Assembly: GCA_046563655.1 (NCBI GenBank)
Contig: CM102290.1
Span: 3,286,001-3,350,000 of the forward strand
Direction of reading: 5' to 3'
Length of the DNA: 64,000 nt
Source of the DNA: Yuukianura sp. NJ FZ-2021
Taxonomy: Eukaryota
Below the pieces are notes generated by a model, which saw only the letters and a list, made by a program, of their open reading frames with translations, did not search any database and was not told the origin of the DNA. The translations under genes and the position numbers were made by a program. Within the stretch, counting starts at the first letter, position 1; each line of letters starts with the position of its first letter. Of the stretch, positions 1 to 13,320 are shown in pieces.

Positions 1-2461
1 ATTTATGTAAAGATGAAAGAAACATTACGGTCAATACTAATACGTCAAAACTGAATATTCTTTTCGTATTATACTCGCTTACATTTGCCGCTCCAGCTCC
101 GTCAAGGCTTAGAGATGCCAAGCTTTGAGTCAGATGATGGCTAGCATCCCCATTTCCACTGGATGTATTTCGAAGCTGTGAAAAGAACAATGACTTAAAA
201 CCAATGAATTTAACCATTGTAGAATGAAAACTAAATAATCTTAAATTCTTACAGCCGCATAGGTTGCTAACTTTGATTCCTGTGGAATTGACTGCGAAAG
301 CCCATGCCCAACATAGTTTAACGGGTAGAATTGATCCATTTTATCGCATCGTTTAATTATACACAACACGGAGTTTTGTACTTCGTCGAACCTCCTAGTC
401 AAAGATTAATAAAAATAACTTATGTTAGTCCATCATGCTTTACTCAATGTATCAGTTGAATGATTATTGCATGCCGTGTGTAATTTAGTTGTTACCTGCT
501 CGTATTAGGTCTCAGTTGTAGTAACTAATGATTGATTACTGCTCTGGCATAGTATTCGATGCTCTCAACAGGTTTACATCCATCTGAAGGTACAATTACA
601 TTGGTTAAGTTTAAAGCAGCACTACTGTCAATGAACACTGAATGCTAGTTATGTCGTTGTTGATTTCTACGTAGAAAAACTAGAGCCCAACACAGCTGTT
701 CTTACCTGATTTCATAACTCTGTGTAAGCACTTCGCAGAACAACCTTTGGTTTGTTTTATTAGGATATTTTTGTAAGCTATAAAAACAGGAAGATACGGT
801 ACTAAAAAGTTTCGGTTGACGTAAACCTGAGCCGACAAGTTCAGGTCATCTATTCTCGCTAAACGTTTAACCGACTTTGTTTTTGGATTCGCACTATTGT
901 AGCCACCAGTGTGTGACAATTTCGTCACTTCACCATGCATGTAGTTGTCGCCATCGTCGGTAGTCAGAATACGAGAACAATTTGTCTACAAGACATCACA
1001 AAACCTAGCACTGTGTTCGCGTTTTAAGCTAATCCATGCTAAATAATACCTAGCATGAAAACTAACATTTACGAAACTAGTAGTTTAAACATAATGCATG
1101 GTTTAAAAGATTAGTTAATTTCAAGTTTGGTCAAATTTTTTAAGTATTTTTCTTCTATTGCTGATCTTTAAGTTGGGTTTGGTCCGCACTGGCAATTGGC
1201 TTCACTATATTCCTAGGTACTTTACTTTTGGTTTTTTTGTGTTGCGGTGCTGCCAAATTGCTTTCTTATTGACGCCAGCGGAGAGAAAAAGTGCAAAATC
1301 ACCCGATAACATTGTATGCATTTGGGTGGAGACAATGGTTGGTGACATTGAAAGGACTAGAAAAATCGCTGAAGTTCAAATGGGTGACTACAGCAATTGG
1401 CAACAATATGTCAGCTCCAAGTTTGCGTCAACCATAATTCTTTACTTTTCCTTTCACTTTTTAAGCTCTAAATGCTTCTCAAAGAACCCCATCAAAATGT
1501 CCGCGTTTGAGAGTTTTGCGCCACACCAGCTTGTGATTTCAATGTGAAAGAATTAAAATATGAACAATTATTTGAAATCAAGGATTTTATTAGATTTCTA
1601 GGCAAATTGTGGATAACTATTTCTGAACCTTGTACAATAAATTACGTTACTTGGCTACAATGAATAGGTAAGTTACATCACGGATGATCCCTTCGCAATG
1701 TTCACTATCATCTATAGAATACCAAATTGATGTTGGCTGGAATTTGTTCCAGCGTTTTTATTGATTTTAACGCTGCACAACTTCTGGTAATTCTAATTAT
1801 GATTATAAAAATTAACGGTATAATACATACAGGTCAGTTGTCAGTTTCATGATATTTTGGGTAATGCCTGTCAATTACTAAATGACCTCTACAAAAGGCG
1901 TTTAACAGTTGAACTTCAACTGAATGAGTAGGCATTTGTTGTCCAATGGTTAGGTAACAACTAACAACGATTACACCTTCAAATTTTTATACTAATAAAA
2001 GTATAGTAAAACTTTTTCGAAGTTCTAACTTCACTTCAATGGGCACTGAATAAAAATGCATTTGTGTCTCACCTTTCCTTCTCCTCAGAATTCGCTCTCG
2101 CGGGAATATTTGAAGCTTAGGAATTAAACCGGCGCTTGGCGCTTCGTTTGTGTTTTGCTTTTGTGTAATTACAATTTATCAATCTACGTGAAGAGTTGAA
2201 TCGATTTATTTGTATTTTTAACGGTGACCGTACGATTGGTTAGATAACTAGCTGGCAGATTTACGATTGCTTTAGAGTGAAATTTGTGCGGTAAGTCAGA
2301 ATAAGTTAAGGTGACCATCAACAGGGAATAAGAATGTGTTTCAATCATACTTCCTCAAACTTAAAAATTTGGCAATGATTCATTAACTTATATTGATTTT
2401 TATAGTTTTATGGTTTTTATCCTGCCGACCGAGTCGCGTGATACTGGTGAACCATTAGAAG

Positions 2462-5400
2462 ATGAATATTGAACTACCAAACGTCGTCGTCGGTTCAGGA
2501 GAATGTTGGCTTCCCTTCGTTCAACTTCTGCGTATATTAGAAAAAACTGCTGAAAATCCTATGCCAGAGAGCCTAGACGAATTGGATCAGTACCTTAACC
2601 GCTATCGGGGATGCTTCCGTACATTGTTCACGACAAAGGTAAATAAACACAAGTATTTTTGGCCCTTTCAGTTTTCATATAACATATGATATGATCTCGT
2701 ACAGCCGAAGAACCAAAAGGAACGAGATTACATCAAAAGTGGTGCAACTGAACCAATTTCGTTACCTTCAAGTGACGCTAAGCAATTACTTCCGAAGGAG
2801 TGGGTTGCTGAGACTATGTTGCTTTCGGATATCATGGACTTCAATGAGTTCCAAGCGTTGGATCTTCTCGTAACTGGTACTATAAGCAATTTTTGAAATA
2901 TTTACGTCACATTGTTCGAAGTTTTTATACGTTAGTTGGTTTTATCATGTACTCTCATAGCTGAAGGAGAAATCTCAAACTATCCTTGCTGGCCTCGAGG
3001 TTTAATTGCAGTGAACATGTACTACGAGGGGAGGCACGCGCTTATTTCTTCGCTTCATCTTATGGCCCAGCTCTTACCAGGATTGAAATGGGGGTCTCAT
3101 GTTTCTCCTAAAGTGCTCGAAATCATCAAACCATTCGTCGACAACTTGTTTTCCGACAATCTCATCGACAAGATATTAGGTAAGCCTTGTTCCTCGTAAC
3201 AAATTGGTGAGTCTGCTTATCACTTTCATTGTTCAGCTGACTAAATATCCTAATTTCTGAAAATACAGATTTGATTCCCAAATTTGAGATTCAGAAGCAA
3301 ATGGATTTATTGGATGGAAACTTGGCTCTGGGTGACTGGAGACATCGAACAGAAATATTGAAATATCTGACAGGCATAAGAATTGAGTTGGCCCAGGTGA
3401 TTTTCTGCTTAGCAGCGCAACAACGTCTGTCGTGGAAAACGACACAAAGGTAAACTTCAAAACTTCAGTAAAACCTTAATCAATGGTATTAAATATTTGG
3501 ATTTGGGTGCAATGATGTCAGTGTGTTAGTTAGGTTTGTGCTTGTAAAATGGAGTAACTAAAACTAAATGGAAATGGAATTTGCGTTTACAGAATTCTGG
3601 AATACCTAAGGCATATTGAACTGAAACGGGACGTCAAACTACACAAAGAAGACGTTCTCCTTATTTGCGCTGTTCTGTTTGGATTGGATAACAACATCAA
3701 TGAAGAGAATTTCGACAAAAATTATGCTCTTGAATTTCGCAAGTACTTATTAGATGCAGAGAATAAGGGGAGCTTCCTATGTCGAGAACTGGCCGAATTC
3801 TTCAATCTGAACTACTACACTGCCGTGTATAAACTCCTCTCCGATATAACCATCAACTACCAACCTACTGCTCAAGGCCGTCCAATTCTTGGAAAAGGCA
3901 TGGAAACCTCGAAGGAGCTGCTTGGTGAAGACGAACTGGAATTTAAAACGGATGTTTTCACGTTCCTCAAAGTGGAAATATTTGGAAATGAAGGGACCGA
4001 AGTTTCTGAAGAGCCCAACGTTATGCTGAGGTTTCATAAACTCTTTACTGAATTCATCAATTTTATGCCCATGAAATTGAGGGATATGAAAGTCCGTTCT
4101 GAAGATGCTGCCAAAACGATGTTGCTTTATTTGGAGCAAGGAATCTGCCCACCTCCACAAGTACCTGTTGAGTACGACAGCTTACTGGACTGCATGGGAA
4201 CGTTCTACAGTCTGGATAAGGAGAGCGGTTTAGCCGAAGTCTTTTTCAGTCCCCACAGAAAATCAATTGCACTGTCCAAGTTTGTACGGTCTTTGTGCTA
4301 CGATTCGCCACCAATGTTTGTTTCAAATGTCAAGTTTATGACCGGCATGGCACGGAGTTACCCACATGGAGTTTTCGAACTGCTCAAGCCAAACAGACAC
4401 AACTTGTCCTTCGCCCACTTCTTTGAGTCTATTACAAAGTACTTGTCCAGTTTTGGCAAAATATCATCCAATCCTGACTACGTTGTGGAGCAGAATCCGT
4501 CGTATCCGAAAGTTGGTACGGAGTCAACAAGAATCGGTCTTCGCCCGCACGAACTCAATGGAATCATCACGTATCTCAAACTGATCCAGGCTGTTTGTAG
4601 TGAATTGACGAGCAAGAGATTCTTTATTGACATGAAGTGTCGTTGGATCAAACTGCTCCTTACTGGAGCAGGGATAAGAAGTCTGCCAATGGAAGTTCGA
4701 GCGGAGATGCTGAAGACAACCGCAGCAATGATACCAAGCGACTCTTATGAACTGGACACAGTAGTCGGTTTGTGGGAAACCTTTTATGCTGCTCAACTAA
4801 TTCAGCCGGGAAGTGGAGATTTTCGGGTAACTATTAATTTTTGAATATTTTCTTAGCATTAACTTTTAAAATAGCCTTCAATTATTCTAAACCAATTTTG
4901 TTACAGGATGAACTGGAGGAAAGAGAAACTAGGATGGAGTCGTACATTCTTTGCAACGGATTCCTTCAACTTCTGGACGCATTGGTCAAAGCCCGAAGTG
5001 CCTTCTTACGAAACTATTTGAAATTAGAGGGCGGAAGACATATTGTGAGAAACGAAACGCCGTTTTTGGATAACCTTGTTGGTTATGTTCGTGATGCTGT
5101 TTTGATGAAGTTGGCTTATCGAACCTATCGAAGTGTTCCAGAACGTTGGGAAACGGCATCTCTGTCGATAAGCATTTTGTCTTATCTTCTGGATGAAGTT
5201 CCTGTGCTGATGATTCAATTCCTGTCGGATTCTCCTGTGCTCAAAGCTGTAAGTTAATTGAGTTTTCCATGCAGTCACTGAATTGGCACAAAATTATATG
5301 ACGATTGTATTTTAGGTGTTGAATATCCTTGTGGATTGTACCAAAGTTAGAGAGATGTCGACTGGCAAGATACCATATGTGGATCAAGCTAGTTGGGAAG

Positions 5401-8400
5401 TTTTGAACTTGATTTATCAAGTCCTTCTAAGACAAGATGCGTTTCTGGACAACAGAGGAAAATTTGCTGGCGTAAGTTGCCCAAAACAGTAGTTTATGGA
5501 CATTCGACGGATTTCAATCGTAAATGATGTTTTTTCTATGTGTTTAGGGCACGGTTCTACACGGGATTCACGATCTAATCCTGAGCATCAATATTGTCAC
5601 TGGACGAGCGGAATATCTTATAGCTCTACTGAAGTACGTTAATGTCGGATATTTTAGTTCAATCAGCTATATTTTGTTTGTTACGGGTTTGATTATGCCT
5701 CTCTTCGTTGCAGATTCATTGACAAATTCAATCCCGATAAGCACCAGGAACTGTCTCTTCAAATTCTTACCGCCATTTTGACCCAACACTCCGAATTGGA
5801 AGGACATTTGTACACTGCGATTACCAACGACTCAAGACAAGCTCTCATGCTTGAATACACTTTCGCCCAGTGTCTATCGAATCCAGACTGTGCCACTGTC
5901 GTCAAGCAAAATATACTGAAACTCTTGAGATGTAGTGCAGTCAATCCAGCACCAAACCTCGGTTTGTTCTTGCTTGGCGTGGATAAGAAAATTGACTTCC
6001 AGTATCGAGGTGGGGTAACCCAGCAACTTTCTTAGCATTTAAGTATGAATCTTACTTTTGTTTTCTTATAGACAAGTCGAAGCCAGCTAGAAGTATTTTG
6101 CATTACATGCTGGAAAATGTTGACGAACTACCCGACGTATTTCTTACGTTGCTTGAACTATTGAGAGACGATCGACTGCGGGATCCTCTTCTTCGTCATT
6201 TGCGGGCTACCCAATTCTTTGTTAAGTATTACATGAAGTCCTTTTCCAGCGTTGACATGGACATCAAGGATATTGGCTACTTTCTGAAATGTCTGTCGGT
6301 GGATTTGAAGAATTCTCAACAAATTGGTGCGTTAGGACATGCCCTAGTTTCCAAGGACAGCCATAAATTTCTGAATATATTGGAGAGAGTGGACTTAAAC
6401 CAGGATGAGAAACAACTTCCAGTGCTTGAGTTTTTTGAACCAGAGCATGTTGAACAAGTAAGTGTTTGATGTTTCAATAGTTTTTGTAACTCTAAAAAAC
6501 TTTGCTATTAATGTTGTTTGTTTTGCAGGCTATCATTGCATGTGAATACGTTGACAGGGATTACAAGGCCAAATTGATTGACTTGAACCGGTTGAAAAAA
6601 TTGTTTGACGAGCAAATGAAGAAACTTGAGAAAACAACGACGTTGCAATTAAAGCAGAGCGTTAAGGATGAATCACTGGTAATAATGATTTTTAAATTTT
6701 TAGTCTCCAACTGTTTGAAAACAAGAAAGGAAGAATTTAACATGTAATTATTTTTTAAGGAACTTTTGAACTTTGCTAAGAAGCAAAACGACGTGAGACG
6801 AACAGAGGCATCCAAAGTGCTCTTATTCGACTGCTGGAAGCAATGTCTTGAAGTTATTATTTTGATGCCGTCGACTTTGAAAGTAGCGGGGGTGGATTTT
6901 GTTACAAGCGTTCTTCGTCTCGTGATTGACAAAATGACGAATACTGAAGCAGCTACAGAGGCATTCCTACGACTTGGAGCCGAAACTGTTCTAAGTTTGT
7001 GCGGAGTTTTGAGAACTTTCAAAGACGATTTGAGCGAGAGCTTACTCAACTTAATCTTGACCTCACTGTGTACTTGGATCTCCACTGAAGGCTCAGTCAC
7101 CGTAAGAGGACTTCTCTATCCAAGCATATTGAACTTGATGGAGATAATGCGAGAACAAAAGAAGACAATTATCAGTCGAACCAACTTCGCTGTGATCATC
7201 GATCCTCTTTGTAAGGACTGTCTTCATGCTGCAGATACTGGGAAGATTAGTTCGATGTACCTCCTTGGTGAACTAATTAATTGGAGTGTCGGGCGCGGTT
7301 ATGGAGGGCGGATTCCTCCTGTTGACAATACCGCGTTGCTTGCTGCTGCATTCAAGAGTCAATTGCAAAAGAAGTCCAGACACTCAAACATGTCTTTTCG
7401 AATACAGTCATCAAACGGTTCCTTGCAAGGTGACGAAGTTGAAGTTGACGAAGAAGGAATGCCCTGGGACGATATTTCACTAATTCCTCCAGCGGATCAA
7501 CACCAGACGCAACGTTTTCATCGAACTCCAATGGCGAAACATACAACAACGGTTGGTACGATAAGAAAACCAGACGCAACGTTCCAGCCACTCAATTCTA
7601 CTATCCTGCCAGTAGATGTTCGTGATAAACAACATATTTCGCCGGGAGATTGGCAAGCCATTAAGAACAACGACACATTCTTGGCTTTTATTCAGAAACA
7701 AGATGACGAACTGCCAGATATGCACCAAGACAACGAAGTGAGCGTAGTTCAAGCAGCGTCAAACTCTGGAGCTAAGAGCACAATAATGAACTACATGCAG
7801 ACCAAAGGCTTAGTTCGACACCTTATTGCCAGTTTGACTGGTGAAGATGATTTGGGTCTTGTGGACTTATTTTCCTGTCCAATGGAATCCATTAACCTAA
7901 GGGCTCTCCTGATCTTTCGAGCACGAATGCACATTTTGAATCGCTTTGCCAAGGCTGGATCAACTGCAGCTCTCATACTGCATGAAGATAATTTGATTCC
8001 GCGTTTGACCGATATGCATACATTCAAAATGGCGGCAAGAATGAAACTTTGGGAACCGAAGCGGACGGACTATTTAGAAGGTGGATACTTATCCATAGAT
8101 GCACAGATTGCCAAGTCCACTGCTGCACAACAAGCAAGTCATCTCGATTCAGTGTTTGTCTCTGTTTGGAGTTTGATGCATTCGATGGAGTCCAGTTTAC
8201 CAACTAATGCCAAATTGGCGGATCAGGTTAGATTTTATCAGATCGGAGTTCATTTCTGATAGATTAGCATATTAGCATAATTAGAATTTGTAATATCATT
8301 GGTGATCGTATGTGTTCCAGATTTGGCGCTTCATTCAAATCAACAAAGACGCTGCCGTCAGTCTTTTGGGTCGTTGCCCTTCGGAAAAAGAACCGGAAGC

Positions 8401-9157
8401 AGAAATTCCAGAACCTCTCGCTCTCTTCACGTCACTATTAGCCAAACTTCCAGAAAAAATTCCAGAGTATTCCCTCGAGCCAAACGATGACGTTTACGAC
8501 AAAATCGTGGACACACTGAAGGATATTTGTCGGAAAAACGTGTTAACGACTGCTCGTGCTGCTCTGGCCGCAGATTTGCTTCAATTCTTGCATGGCTACT
8601 CGAAGAATCCAAAAATAATTCGAGAAAGTAAGCGGTTCGTTCCAAATCGTCCTGTCCTCATTTCCTGTATGAACTACCAAGAACTTCCACCAGAAGCCAG
8701 CAGGCAAGGCGTTACTGTTGGAGACATTCTGCGTCTTATTCAGTTGGCAGCACATCGCATTCCAAGATGGGAGGGACCAACGGAAGTACTGAATAACTTT
8801 GTTGTCATCTCTGAAATTGGACTTACACTTGTGTATAACCATATGGACATCTACGTTCGATCGCCCTTTCCTCTGGAGACAGAGAGACGACCTGTCGCCA
8901 GTAGCAAGCATCCTACGGCAAATCTTCAGAACGACGTGGCTTACTTCCTGGAGGAGACGCTGGTTAAGACCATGAAGGAAGCTGTTGAGGTACACTTCAA
9001 AACAAACACTATACAAGACTAGGGCATACATTACTAACATTGTTTTTACTTATTCCCTTAGGTTTTGGAACAACGAGCTCCTAATTCGCAGTACGTTTAC
9101 TACATGCAGTACATCTTTCGTCGAGTACGTCGAGTGTCTCACATCAAGAGAATCTGA
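2462..9157 (+). CDS. NUP205: Nuclear pore complex protein Nup205 (multi-exon)
   Basis: Joining ORF pieces across GT-AG introns gives Nup205-like segments: YPCWPRGLIAVNMYYEGRHALISSL, ELEERETRMESYILCNGFLQLL, LMKLAYRTYRSVPERWETA, APNLGLFLLG. ATG at 2462; last exon ends ...HIKRI-TGA at 9157. Confidence 0.88.
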
Positions 9158-11654
9158 ATGGTGAGTGACGAGGGAGGAAGATGAAGTTCTAAAGAATTAG
9201 TATAAAAAATTATTCCCATTCCCAAGTTAAGTGCTGTTGCAAGTTAATGTGTTCCAATTAGTTTTTTTTTTGTATCTATCCTTTTCAAAATCCGGATCCT
9301 TTACAAATGTTCCCTTCTAGGAAATACCCTGATTTAACTGTATTTTTTAAGTTTATCGTAATTCTGTCTTAAAAGTTCTTCTGAGACACTTTCTGGATAA
9401 AAATTAACGTTATGTTGACTACAACATATTTATGAAGTGAGAATAAACTAAAATCAATGAAAAGGACAGATTTGGACCAAGGATGGAGATCAATATGACT
9501 AGTGTAGTGTATGTGTAGTGGTGAAATTGGACAATTGAGTGAAGTGTGTCCTGAATAATTGAATGAATTTATTGAGTGTGCCTTGTGAGACACCTCTGCA
9601 AACATTTTCGTCAATAATCCTTGTGATTAGTATTCCACCAAAGGAAACTGCTTACTATTTATAACTAAATTCGATAATTCTTCCAACTTGGAAACTCCAT
9701 TCCTTTCTCTAGCCCGTAACTTCAGCAGTAACTTGTCAATCAACTTCATCTGAAGAGCGACCTGTAAAAATCCAAATGTGTTTTGGCATTGGATATAAAC
9801 AAACCATCACTCTTCCCCTCGATACCCGCCTTTTTTTACCATAATAAAAGCATAAAATTTGCCTTTTGCTGTGTCCTCGTGTCCTTCGTCTCTGTCGGTC
9901 GGCCTGCATGAAGTCAGTTTACTTTTTACACCCAGTGAAGAAGGACGTTCCGTTCTAACTTACGAACCGAACCCGGTTGTCGGTACAGTGGGATCTCAAA
10001 CGTAGGTCAATTAGGTCTACCAACACTGAATCTGATGAACCAAATCCGGACTTTGTAAGGTAACTCACTCGGTTACATCAGTACTATCTGTTGCTAAATA
10101 CTACTCCTAAAACTTGTACATGTACGAGTAAATAGGCTTCTGTTTGCACGGTTACTTCAATTTCAATTCGTAGACAAATACGAAAGTAATTTGCCAATGT
10201 TGCTTCATTTGAACATTGAACTGCAAACGATTAACTAAATGTTTCATTAGATTGATAAGAGTAGCGTTTGCCTATGGATACTCGGATACTTTACTTTCGT
10301 TTTTATTACTATTGGGTTTGGACATTCGTTCGTGTGATCGTGTCCCTAATTTAGAAATTATTGTCACACGAACGTCGTATTTGTGGGAAGAACGATAAAA
10401 GAAAGCGTTGACTCTGGTCGTTACGCACGCAAAACAGAGGAGGATTAACACATTTCCAAAGTCATTCGATGACGATACGGAACTATCTCCAATGTTATTC
10501 CGAAAAATTGGTCCCTCTAAATGTCGGAAAGAACAACGTCTTGACTAGTGACCAGTGTCGGTCAATGGTCATTATCCTTTATAATTGCTTCATTTTGGTC
10601 ATACATTATGCTTATCGTCCACGATTCTTCTGAATTCAGAATAAAACTTATAGATTTAGTATCTACCCGAAAGAATCTATCCTTTGTCAATTGTCATTCT
10701 TAGGTTAGACGTTTTAAAATGCTCTGTGGACATTAGAAACAGAAAATGGCAAGTCAGCACCATTAGTACTTAATCGATAACTCTAAATAATTTCAGTTTC
10801 CGTATAAACTAACGTCTCATAGCCTAACTAGACAACGTCACTCCATTTCAGATTACTAAAATTAAACCGATTGTAACTTCATTGATTAGGGTGAGATCTT
10901 AAGAAATCCATTAAAAATAACTTTCGCATTTTAATTGCAGTGTTTTATTTTATTTTTGTTGAAAAGTTATACTTCGCCTGTACAGAAAACAGAGAAAAAA
11001 ATGTTTAACTTTGCATGCGAAGTATACGACTTTCTCCGTCTTCGTTTTTCTTTTGGCACTTACCAAAGTCATACAGAAATGTGTGAAGAGAAAAGTGAAA
11101 GTTCGGGGAGTGTAAAACTGTGTTGAATAATTGAGTAAGAATTGATTTGTAAGGAACGAAATGAACAAAATAAGGGAAACCACAAAGCAAAACGTTAAAC
11201 GAAATGTCCAAACGACCTTCGCCGACAATTTTCTCCAACCAGAAGAAACTTTACTTTTTCACCTCTGTAAAAAATTCAGCACGATTTGTGTCTCAAAATT
11301 ATGAAAATTTATACTGAATTTCGGAATTTCTGAGTTTCTTTGCCTGTATTGTGTTTTGTAAGTTGAATAATAAGTTGACAGATTAATGGGTTCCATGATC
11401 GTACAATTTTGAGTGAAATTTTAGCCAAGGTTTTTGGCACGCCATGCCATCTTATGTGGAAATATTTTTAAAAAACACGTTTTTTTTTACTTTTCAGAAG
11501 CCTGAAATGCTGTCAAAAGAGGGACAATCAATTCAAAATTGAAGATCGGAACATAAGGAACATCACCGTCAAACCGTTAGTTCAACTCAGGTAAACGTAT
11601 ACTGCAAAAGCCAGTGCATGAAGTTTAATCAACATTTTTCTCCAGCAGGTTGAA

Positions 11655-12904
11655 ATGCGGTTGCTGCGAAGATGCTGTCGTCGAAAAATGCTGCCATACT
11701 TTGTCTGTTTCAATTTCGTCCTTTGCTTCTGCTACTTGTTTCCTATGAAAATTGACTTTATCGGGGAAGAAGAAATTGCTACAGAAGCTATTCGGAAAGC
11801 GGTGGGTCCGATTGGATCCAATGCGTCTGCTTCTGTCCTTCCATTGGAGAATACCGTCATTTTCCGCCCAAGAGGCGGATACTGCCAGGTAATCAATTAA
11901 TAAACATATTACTTTTGAAAGCATGTAATCGTTAATCGATTATTCTTTCTTTGTCTCTACGAATAGAGAGAAGGGCGTGATGTCTATGTGCTCTTCATCG
12001 TCATCACTTCTCCCGGGAATTGGAATGCTCGTGATGCCATTCGATCTACCCTCAAAGAAGGTGTGAATGATTTTAATAGGCGACGATGGCACGGTGACAC
12101 GCACCGAAACAATACCATCCTATTTTTCGCTGGTGTGTCTAAGGATCCTAACACGCAGGTACAAAATTACATCTTAGAAGTTAGAATTTGAGTGTAAGGC
12201 AATACTATCAAGTACTAAATGCTGATTCACAGAAAAAATTGGAGGACGAAGCGGCTCTCCATGGAGACATCGTCATCGACAATCTCATTGACACTTACTT
12301 GAACATGACTGTGAAAGTACTTCGAATGTTAAAATGGATTCATTCCGACTGTTCTCATCTAAAGTTCCTTCTCAAAATGGATGACGATGTCCATTTGAAT
12401 TTGCTCAAGTTCTTTCAATTCTTCACCAGTGTGTCAGGACTAGAACAAGCTGGAGAAAATGCTGAGCTGCTCATAGCTGGACATCACTACCAAGACAAGA
12501 AGCCAATCCGATCACTCAAACCGCCTAATGGGAAATGGTTCTCACCCAGGGAAATATGGCCTTCTGAAACTTATCCAGACTTTATCGGTGGTCCTGCCTA
12601 TGTCCTCGGTTCCCAAGCACTCAAACGTATTTACCAAAAGAGTCTGGCCACATCTCTGCTACACCTAGAAGACGTTTTCCTTACTGGAGTCGTGGCCAAT
12701 GCTGGACTGGGAATGAAACTCTATGGAATTCCAAATATCGTTACCTACTGGTCTACATTTGGCCCACTTATTCACTCCTCCTGCTACGTCCAGAACCAAT
12801 TTCTGATCCATTCCGTGAGTCCAGAAACTCTCAAGTGTTGGCATCAATTCAATTCAGAAGACTTCGTCTGCTCCAACTTGCCACTTCTCATCTCGTCCTG
12901 CTAA
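11655..12904 (+). CDS. Beta-1,3-galactosyltransferase family (GT31), type II membrane protein, 3 coding exons
   Basis: N-terminal signal-anchor (LPYFVCFNFVLCFCYLF), then TSPGNWNARDAIRST, EAALHGDIV..DTYLNMTVK, DxD motif KMDDDV, YPDFIGGPAYV and HLEDVFLTG. Confidence 0.9.
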
Positions 12905-13190
12905 CTAAAACGTACAGAAGGAACTGCTAAACGAATTACCTTTTGAACAACAGAAAATGATACTCATACGTGATGGGCGCACTCAAACGGAAGTATTTTG
13001 GAGCACAGTTGCTTCCTTACGACGGGGATGCTGCGGAATCTCTTGTCTTTTGTCCAAGAAGCTTACAAACGTCTAGACACGAGTTCCCCCCAGAATCAAA
13101 AGCCTGATACTCGCAAATACTCACAATTATTTTGTGTAAATGGTCAATGAACAAAGTATTGTTTGGTTAAATATTTTAAACCACTGTGAC

Positions 13191-13320
13191 TTACCCATTG
13201 TAACAGTCTCAGTCGCCATTTGCCGCCAATTTGAAAACATTTTAGTCCGGTAGATTACTAGTCACAGTAGTTTCTGAAATGTATTGGCAAAATGGCGGTT
13301 GAGGTTGTAACACACGGTAA
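13191..13320. mobile_element. Short degenerate inverted-repeat element (MITE-like)
   Basis: Left end ttacccattgtaacagtctcagtcgccatttgcc matches the reverse complement of the right end (ttaccgtgtgttacaacctcaaccgccattttgcc). No clear TSD. Confidence 0.45.
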
